Assembly: GCA_964634535.1 (NCBI GenBank)
Contig: CAZWMF010000001.1
Location: forward strand, 1 to 39,681
Reading direction: 5' to 3'
Length of the DNA stretch: 39,681 bases
Source: an uncultured Opitutaceae bacterium
GTDB taxonomy: Bacteria > Verrucomicrobiota > Verrucomicrobiia > Opitutales > Opitutaceae
Below the pieces are notes generated by a model that saw only the letters and a list, made by a program, of their open reading frames with translations, had not been told where the DNA came from and did not search any database. Made by a program: the position numbers and the translations under genes. Positions 33,911-39,681 of the stretch are shown piece by piece (the first letter of the stretch is position 1; every line of letters starts with the position of its first letter).

Positions 33911-34459
33911 GTGGGTTCGCTTCGGTCCATCGGTTCGCGGGAGGTCCTGGCTGCTATCGGGCGGCTGGCGGATGCCATTCGAGCCCGCCACAGCCCGGGC
34001 GAGGATCTGTGGCTCGTGGGCATCGCCAACGGCGGCCTCGCCGTGGCCGACCGGTTGGCGGCGGCGGTCCGCGCGGGCGGGGTTCCCGTGCACGCGGGCA
34101 CGATCGATATTTCGTTTCACCGCGACGACATCGGCCGCCATCCCATCCCCAAGGAGTTTTCCCCCACCATTCTGCCGGGCGACGTGACCGGCGCGACCGT
34201 GATCCTGGTCGACGACGTGCTGTTCACCGGCCGCACGGCCAAGGCCGCCCTGGACGAACTCTTCGATCACGGCCGCCCCGACCGGGTCGAATTGGCCGTC
34301 CTGGTCGACCGCGGCGGCCGGCTCCTGCCCATCGCCGCCGACTATGTCGGCCTCACGGTCTCGGCCCAGCCCGACGAGACGGTGACCGTGGCGCTGCCGG
34401 CCGACCGGCCGGAGCGGGCCGCCATCCGGATCGCCCGGCCGCGCCCCCAACCCGCCTGA
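33911..34459 (+). CDS. pyrR: bifunctional pyr operon regulator / uracil phosphoribosyltransferase PyrR
   Basis: LVGIANGGLAVADRL, IDISFHRDD, and the PRPP-binding motif VILVDDVLFTGRTAKAAL. I chose the GTG start at 33911. The upstream part of the 33671 ORF is junk. Confidence 0.85.
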   Translation: MGSLRSIGSREVLAAIGRLADAIRARHSPGEDLWLVGIANGGLAVADRLAAAVRAGGVPVHAGTIDISFHRDDIGRHPIPKEFSPTILPGDVTGATVILVDDVLFTGRTAKAALDELFDHGRPDRVELAVLVDRGGRLLPIAADYVGLTVSAQPDETVTVALPADRPERAAIRIARPRPQPA

Positions 34460-34464
34460 TTGGC

Positions 34465-35418
34465 ATGACCTGGAAACGCCGCCACCTGCTGACCATCGAG
34501 GAATTGAGCCTGGACGAGATCGACCAGCTCCACGCGACCGCCACGGCGTTCAAGCGGATCCTCGGCCGCAGCGTCAAGAAGGTCCCCGTCCTGCGCGGCA
34601 AGACGATCGTCAACCTCTTCCTCGAGCCGAGCACGCGCACGCGCCTGGCCTTCGAGATGGCGGCCAAGCGCCTGAGCGCCGACGTGATCTCCTTCGATGC
34701 GGCCAGTTCGTCCACCACCAAGGGCGAGACGCTGCGCGACACCGCCCAAAACATCCAGGCGCTCAACGCCGACATGATCGTCCTGCGGCACGCCGCCTCG
34801 GGCTCGCCCCTGTACCTGTCCAAGCTGCTCACCATCCCGGTCATCAACGCGGGCGACGGCGCCCACGAGCACCCGACCCAGGGCCTGCTCGACACCTTCA
34901 CGATGAAGGAGCACCTGGGCTCCCTGCAGGGCCGCAAGGTCGTGATCCTGGGCGACATTCTCTTCAGCCGCGTCGCCCGCTCGAACATTCATGCGCTCAC
35001 CAAGATGGGCGCCGCGGTCACGCTGGTCGGCCCGTCCACTCTAGTGCCGCACTGGTTCACCGCCCTGGGCGTGACCGTCTCGCACGACCTCAAGAGCGCC
35101 CTGGCCGACGCCGAGGTCGTGATGCTGCTCCGCATCCAGCACGAACGCCAGTCGAGCAGCCACTTCCCCTCGCTCGGCGAATACACGAGCATGTTTGGCC
35201 TGAACAAGGCCCGGGCGGCCTGGCTCAATCCGCGGGCGATCATCATGCACCCCGGTCCAATCAACCGCGGCGTCGAAATCGACAGCGAACTGGCCGACGG
35301 CGAACGCAGCGTGATCCTCGAACAGGTCGCCAACGGCATCGCCGTGCGCATGGCCGCGCTTTACCTGTGCGCCGGCGGCCAGCCGGAGCACGTGGGGGCC
35401 GGCCGCCCCTCCCGCTGA
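34465..35418 (+). CDS. pyrB: aspartate carbamoyltransferase catalytic subunit
   Basis: FLEPSTRTRLAFEMAAKRL (the S-T-R-T-R carbamoyl-phosphate site), LRHA, HEHPTQGLLD and HPGPINRGVEI. Confidence 0.95.
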   Translation: MTWKRRHLLTIEELSLDEIDQLHATATAFKRILGRSVKKVPVLRGKTIVNLFLEPSTRTRLAFEMAAKRLSADVISFDAASSSTTKGETLRDTAQNIQALNADMIVLRHAASGSPLYLSKLLTIPVINAGDGAHEHPTQGLLDTFTMKEHLGSLQGRKVVILGDILFSRVARSNIHALTKMGAAVTLVGPSTLVPHWFTALGVTVSHDLKSALADAEVVMLLRIQHERQSSSHFPSLGEYTSMFGLNKARAAWLNPRAIIMHPGPINRGVEIDSELADGERSVILEQVANGIAVRMAALYLCAGGQPEHVGAGRPSR

Positions 35419-36707
35419 TGCCCACCCTCTGGATCACCCGCGCCCGGGTCGTCGACCCGGCCACCCGCCGCGACCGCCTCGGCGACCTGTTCGTGCGCGA
35501 CGGCCGCCTGGTCGACGCCCTGTCCCCGGCCGAACGCAAGCGCGCCCGCCGCATCGACGCCACCGGCTGGGTCGCCTGTCCGGGCCTGGTGGACATCCAT
35601 GTGCATTTTCGCGAACCCGGCCAGACCCACAAGGAGTCGATCGGCACGGGCTCGCGCGCGGCGGCGGCGGGCGGCTACACGACGGTCGTGTGCATGCCGA
35701 ACACGGCTCCGCCGGCCGACAATGTCGGCACGATTCAATTCATCAAGGACGCGATCGCCCGCGACGCCGTCGTCAAGGTGCTCCCGACCGGCTGCATTTC
35801 GGTCGGCCAGAAGGGCCAGGGGCTCGCCCCGATTGGTTCGCTCAAGCGCGCGGGCGTGGTCGCCATCACGGACGACGGCGACTGCGTCCAGTCGAACGAA
35901 CTCATGCGGCGGGCCGCGGAGTACGCGCGGATGTTCGACCTGCCGATCATGGACCATTGCCAGGACCAATCCATGACCCAGGGCGCGGTGATGAACGAGG
36001 GCGTCGTGTCCACCCGCCTCGGCCTGCGCGGCTGGCCGCATGCGGCCGAGGATCTGATCGTCTCGCGCAATGTGATCCTCTCGGCCTGGACCGGCGCGCA
36101 CATCCACCTCCAGCACATTTCCTCGGCCTATTCGGTCGACATCGTCCGGCAGGCCAAGGCCCGGGGCGTGCGCATCACGGCCGAGGCGACCCCCCATCAC
36201 CTCGCCCTGACCGACGAGGCGCTCGCCGGCTACGATCCGAACTACAAGATGAATCCGCCCCTGCGCACCGAGGACGATCGCCAGGCGCTGATCGCCGGCC
36301 TGCGCGACGGCACGCTCGACTGCATCGCCACCGACCACGCCCCGCACACCGACTACGAGAAGGACCGCGAATTCGATTCGGCGCCCAACGGGATCATCGG
36401 CCTCGAAACGGCCCTGCCCGTCGTCCTAGCGGTGCTCGGCCGCACCGGCCGCGGCCGTCTGGCGGCCGCCATCGACCTCATGACCCGCCAGGCGGCGCGC
36501 ATCCTCCGACTCGAGGCCGGCACCCTGGCCCCGGGCGCGCCGGCCGACATCTGCCTCTTCGATCCGGCTGAACGCTGGCGCTACGACGCCCGCGCCGGCC
36601 AGAGCAAGTCGAGCAATTCGCCGTGGAACGGCGCCACCCTGACCGGGCGGGTAAAGCTGACGATCGTCGACGGCCGCGTCGTGTTCGACCGCGGCAAAAT
36701 CCTCTGA
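35418..36707 (+). CDS. pyrC: dihydroorotase (class I, multifunctional-complex type)
   Basis: PGLVDIHVHFREPG (H-x-H metal site), TAEATPHHL and ATDHAPH. The ATG shares its A with the pyrB TGA (TGATG). Confidence 0.9.
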   Translation: MPTLWITRARVVDPATRRDRLGDLFVRDGRLVDALSPAERKRARRIDATGWVACPGLVDIHVHFREPGQTHKESIGTGSRAAAAGGYTTVVCMPNTAPPADNVGTIQFIKDAIARDAVVKVLPTGCISVGQKGQGLAPIGSLKRAGVVAITDDGDCVQSNELMRRAAEYARMFDLPIMDHCQDQSMTQGAVMNEGVVSTRLGLRGWPHAAEDLIVSRNVILSAWTGAHIHLQHISSAYSVDIVRQAKARGVRITAEATPHHLALTDEALAGYDPNYKMNPPLRTEDDRQALIAGLRDGTLDCIATDHAPHTDYEKDREFDSAPNGIIGLETALPVVLAVLGRTGRGRLAAAIDLMTRQAARILRLEAGTLAPGAPADICLFDPAERWRYDARAGQSKSSNSPWNGATLTGRVKLTIVDGRVVFDRGKIL

Positions 36708-37537
36708 TGGCGCCCGTGACGGTGGTTGCCTGGGTGGCGGAAGGGCTGCTGCTCGGCGCCGGGACCCTGGCCGTCATCGGGTGGCTGGCCCGCGGGCGAT
36801 GGCGGGGCATCGACCGATTGGCGCCCTGGCCCGGGAGCCTCGCCCATGTGTTTCTCTACCTTCTGGCCGCACTGAGCGGGGTCTTCGCGCTGGCGAGCGC
36901 CCTGGCGCTCGTCCTCGCGCATGTGCGCTCGCTCAGCGACACCGTCAAGACCCTGATCGAATTCGCCGCGCAGGATGGAGGCATGCTCGGCGGCTGCGCC
37001 CTCTATCTCGTCGCCTACCGCCAGGTGGCGCCCGAGTCGGCCTCCCCGCCCATCCTCGGAGGTTCCCCGGCGCTGGTGCGCGGTTTCACGACCTTCGCCC
37101 TGAGCTGGCCCTTCGTCTTTGGTTCGACGATCGCGAGTCAAAAACTCTTTGAGGTCCTGGGCCTGCCCGTCGTCCAGCAGAACGTGGCCGCCATGTTCGA
37201 AAACCTGACCACGCCGGCGCTCAAGATCACGTTCGGGCTGGTGGCCTGCGTGCTCGCCCCCGCGGCCGAGGAGTTTGTCTTTCGCGCGGGCATATTCCGC
37301 GCCCTGCGCTCCGTGCTGCCCCGCTGGACGGCCGCCTTGCTGTCGGGCGCCGCCTTCGGCGGAGCCCATTGGGCCATTGACCGCCAGGCGGGGGCCACCG
37401 TCATCCCCTTGACGGTGCTGGGCACCCTCTTCGCCCTCGCCTACGAGCGCACCGGGCGGATCAGCACGACCATCGTGGCCCACGGCCTGTTCAATTTGAA
37501 TACGCTCCTCATGATGGCCGCCGGTATCAATTCCTAG
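36707..37537 (+). CDS. CPBP-family (CAAX/Abi) intramembrane metalloprotease
   Basis: A polytopic membrane protein with the CPBP motifs APAAEEFVFRAGIF (E-E-x3-R), FGGAHW (F-x3-H) and VAHGLFNL (H-x3-N). The ATG shares its A with the pyrC TGA. Confidence 0.8.
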   Translation: MAPVTVVAWVAEGLLLGAGTLAVIGWLARGRWRGIDRLAPWPGSLAHVFLYLLAALSGVFALASALALVLAHVRSLSDTVKTLIEFAAQDGGMLGGCALYLVAYRQVAPESASPPILGGSPALVRGFTTFALSWPFVFGSTIASQKLFEVLGLPVVQQNVAAMFENLTTPALKITFGLVACVLAPAAEEFVFRAGIFRALRSVLPRWTAALLSGAAFGGAHWAIDRQAGATVIPLTVLGTLFALAYERTGRISTTIVAHGLFNLNTLLMMAAGINS

Positions 37538-37549
37538 GGGGACGCGCGC

Positions 37550-38494
37550 ATGAAACTCTTCGCGCCGACCCCGCGCCATTCCGTGGCCGCGCTGGGCGAG
37601 GCCCGTTTGATCGCGCGCATTCGCCGCTGGCTCGGCCGCGCCTGCCCGCCGAGTCCGGCCGGCATCGGCGACGACTGCGCGGTGCTGCCGGAGGCCGCCG
37701 GGGCCGGGGCCCGTCTCGTGACGGTCGATCCGGTCGTCTACGGGCGCCATTTTGATGACCGCCTGGCGCCGGCCGCCGCCGGGGCCAAGCTGCTCAAGCG
37801 CAATCTGAGCGACATCGCGGCCATGGGTGGCCGACCCGAGGCCGCCGTCGTGGCCCTCGCCCTCGATCCGCGCGTGCGCGTGGCCTGGCTGGAGGAGTTT
37901 TATCGCGGGCTCGCCGCCGCCGCCCGGCGCTACCGGGTGGCGATCGTGGGCGGCGACGTCGCCCAGGCCCCGGGCGTCTTCGTCGCGACCCTCACGCTCC
38001 TCGGTTCGGCCGGTTCGACCGGCCGGCGCACGCCGCTCCTGCGCACGGGCGGGCGCATCGGCGACGTCCTCTATGTCACGGGCGAACTCGGAGCGAGCGT
38101 GGCCAGCGGCCATCATCACCGATTTGCGCCGCGCCTGGCGGAAGGGGCCTGGCTCGCCCGCCAGCCGGCGGTGCGGGCCATGATGGATATCAGCGATGGG
38201 CTGGCCAAGGACCTGCACGCGGTCACTCCGGCCGGCGCCGCGCCGGTCATCCTCGCCTCCCAGGTGCCCCGCCGCCGCGGCGCCGACCTGCAATCGGCCC
38301 TGACCGAGGGCGAGGACTACGAACTGCTGGTCGTCGCCGACCGCCGAGCCGATCTACCCGCTTTCGAGCGCGCCTGGCGCCGCGCGTTCCGGCGGGTGCG
38401 CCTGACCCGCATCGGCGAGTTCCGCCGCGCCGGAAAAGCCGTGCCTGGCGCCGTCAACCTGGATCATTATCGCGGATATGAACATCTCCGGTAG
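37550..38494 (+). CDS. thiL: thiamine-monophosphate kinase
   Basis: GEARLIARI...GIGDDCAVL...VTVDPVVYGRHF...LLKRNLSDIAAMGGRP...IVGGDV...EDYELL is the AIR-synthase-related fold pattern typical of ThiL. Confidence 0.85.
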   Translation: MKLFAPTPRHSVAALGEARLIARIRRWLGRACPPSPAGIGDDCAVLPEAAGAGARLVTVDPVVYGRHFDDRLAPAAAGAKLLKRNLSDIAAMGGRPEAAVVALALDPRVRVAWLEEFYRGLAAAARRYRVAIVGGDVAQAPGVFVATLTLLGSAGSTGRRTPLLRTGGRIGDVLYVTGELGASVASGHHHRFAPRLAEGAWLARQPAVRAMMDISDGLAKDLHAVTPAGAAPVILASQVPRRRGADLQSALTEGEDYELLVVADRRADLPAFERAWRRAFRRVRLTRIGEFRRAGKAVPGAVNLDHYRGYEHLR

Positions 38495-38927
38495 CATCCT
38501 CGCGCGGTTGCGCGCCGGGGTTTTGACCGCCTCGTCCGGCGAAACGCGGACGCTGGCGCAGGAATTGACGGCCGTCCTGCCGGCCGATGCGATCCTGGCC
38601 CTGCACGGCGACATGGGCGCCGGCAAGACCACATTCGTCCAAGGCCTCGCCCAGGGCTTTGGCGTCGAGGAGGCCGTGACCAGCCCGACCTTCAATATCT
38701 ACACCCTGCACCGCGGCTCCGCCCGCCTGCTGGTCCATGTGGACGCCTATCGACTCCGTTCGGGCGCCCAACTTTCGGCGCTGATGATCGACGATTTTGT
38801 GCCCCGCCCGCCCTTTTGCGTCGCGGTCGAGTGGCCGGACAACGTCGCGAGCTGGCTGCCGGAACGAGCCTGGCACCTGCGCCTGGCGATCACGGCCGAC
38901 GGGCGCCATGCCGTGCAGTTGGGTTAG
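38478..38927 (+). CDS. tsaE: tRNA t6A37 biosynthesis ATPase TsaE
   Basis: The P-loop GDMGAGKTTFVQGL is followed by VTSPTFNI and HVDAYRL, the canonical TsaE/YjeE motifs. It overlaps thiL by 17 nt. Confidence 0.85.
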   Translation: MNISGSILARLRAGVLTASSGETRTLAQELTAVLPADAILALHGDMGAGKTTFVQGLAQGFGVEEAVTSPTFNIYTLHRGSARLLVHVDAYRLRSGAQLSALMIDDFVPRPPFCVAVEWPDNVASWLPERAWHLRLAITADGRHAVQLG

Positions 38928-38968
38928 GGAATGTTCGCGAACCCTCCCCAGACTTAAATCCGCATAAA

Positions 38969-38989
38969 GTCCGGCGAAAGGTCCCGGAC
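38969..38989 (-). terminator. hairpin downstream of the - strand gene (possible terminator)
   Basis: gtccgg (38969-38974) pairs with ccggac (38984-38989) around a 9-nt loop. On the - strand it is followed by tttatgcggatttaag. Confidence 0.3.
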
Positions 38990-39025
38990 GCACCGTGATG
39001 GTCCAGGCCGAAACGTCGTCTATCC

Positions 39026-39681
39026 TTAAGGACTAGGAGCGACCGGCGGCTCCGGCGGCGCCGACGGCTCGGGCAAAGGCGCCGCCGCACTTGGAGCCGC
39101 TTCGGCGCTGGAGTGCTCGATCGCGAGAGGGGCGGAAACATCCAGCGGGGCCTCCGCCGGCGGCGGCTCGGACGCCGGCGCGGCCGCGGCCGGCACGGGC
39201 TCGGCCGGCTCCGCCTCGGGGTTCGCCGTGAACGAATCGGAAACCTCGCCGCCCGCGGCCGATTCCGGCGGACTGGCGGCCGTCTCGGGCGCACCTTCCG
39301 GGAAGTTCTCGGGGTCGAGATCCTCGTGCTCGGCCTCCTTCTTGCGGGCCTCGACCATCGGCGCCGGCGCGTAAAGCGTGCCGTCGATAAACTCGGTGAC
39401 GTAGCCCTCGCGGACCAGCCAGAGCAAGTCGGCCTGCAGCCGGGCCACCTTCTCGCGCTGCTCGATCGTCAATTCGCTGGCCACCGGGCCCGCGGCTTCG
39501 CCTTCGGCCGTTCCGCCGATCGGAATATCGAGAAAGCGCCGGGGCAGATCCCCGGCCTTCACGATCGGGTGGGTTTCGATGAAGCTGATCAACGCGCCGA
39601 TCGAATCGGCGAACACCTGGCCCGGCGTGCGGAACTTGCGCTTGACCGCGCAGACGTAGGAGACGCCCTTCGCCCCCTTCT
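39026..39681 (-). CDS. hypothetical protein, 5'-partial (continues beyond the right window edge), with an Ala/Pro/Glu-rich disordered C-terminal tail
   Basis: The frame stays open from 39616 to the window end (…KGAKGVSYVCAVKRKFRTPGQ-VFADSIGAL…), so the track's start is probably internal. A structured part (…LLWLVREGYVTEFIDGTLYAP…) is followed by a low-complexity tail of about 110 aa. I recognise no family. Confidence 0.5.
   Translation of the reverse strand, partial: KGAKGVSYVCAVKRKFRTPGQVFADSIGALISFIETHPIVKAGDLPRRFLDIPIGGTAEGEAAGPVASELTIEQREKVARLQADLLWLVREGYVTEFIDGTLYAPAPMVEARKKEAEHEDLDPENFPEGAPETAASPPESAAGGEVSDSFTANPEAEPAEPVPAAAAPASEPPPAEAPLDVSAPLAIEHSSAEAAPSAAAPLPEPSAPPEPPVAPSP

Overview
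This is a high-G+C bacterial chromosomal window. The gene content and protein architectures look Verrucomicrobia/Opitutaceae-like, but that is inference only. I support about 29 protein-coding genes, almost all on the + strand.

Gene content in order:
- 502-4566: a four-gene lipid/glycolipid operon (GT4, GT28 MGDG-synthase-like, DAG-kinase-like lipid kinase, LpxH-like phosphoesterase), convergent with waaA/kdtA.
- 6145-10455: a secreted M16 peptidase and a lone fabF.
- 10539-15837: HIT, phoH, pgpH-like 7TM-HD and ybeY. This string is interrupted by a lower-G+C insert carrying an intact antitoxin and a ParE/RelE toxin gene killed by two in-frame stops.
- 16114-19981: DUF502, a RecO-like gene, and a PD-(D/E)xK nuclease fused to an XPD/DinG-type Fe-S helicase.
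- 20026-24411: a 1461-aa S8 subtilase with a beta-propeller and repeated C-terminal modules.
- 24661-33827: a xyloglucan-type CAZyme cluster (GH31 with PA14, LacI, GH74, GH2).
- 33911-38927: pyrR-pyrB-pyrC, a CPBP protease, thiL and tsaE.
- 39026-39681: a partial hypothetical gene.

I found no rRNA, tRNA, CRISPR array, transposase or integrase.

The most interesting signal is non-coding. Two paralogous intergenic elements, each exactly 175 nt (5914-6088 and 15865-16039), fold into the same rod-like hairpin. Both have a 36-position outer helix and a conserved core. Between the two copies there are 16 pairing-preserving double substitutions, and all four G-U wobbles fall on the + strand. Each lies just upstream of a + strand gene for an envelope or secreted protein. 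I cannot assign them to any RNA or repeat family I know.

Many long antisense ORFs in the track are high-G+C shadow ORFs and were rejected.
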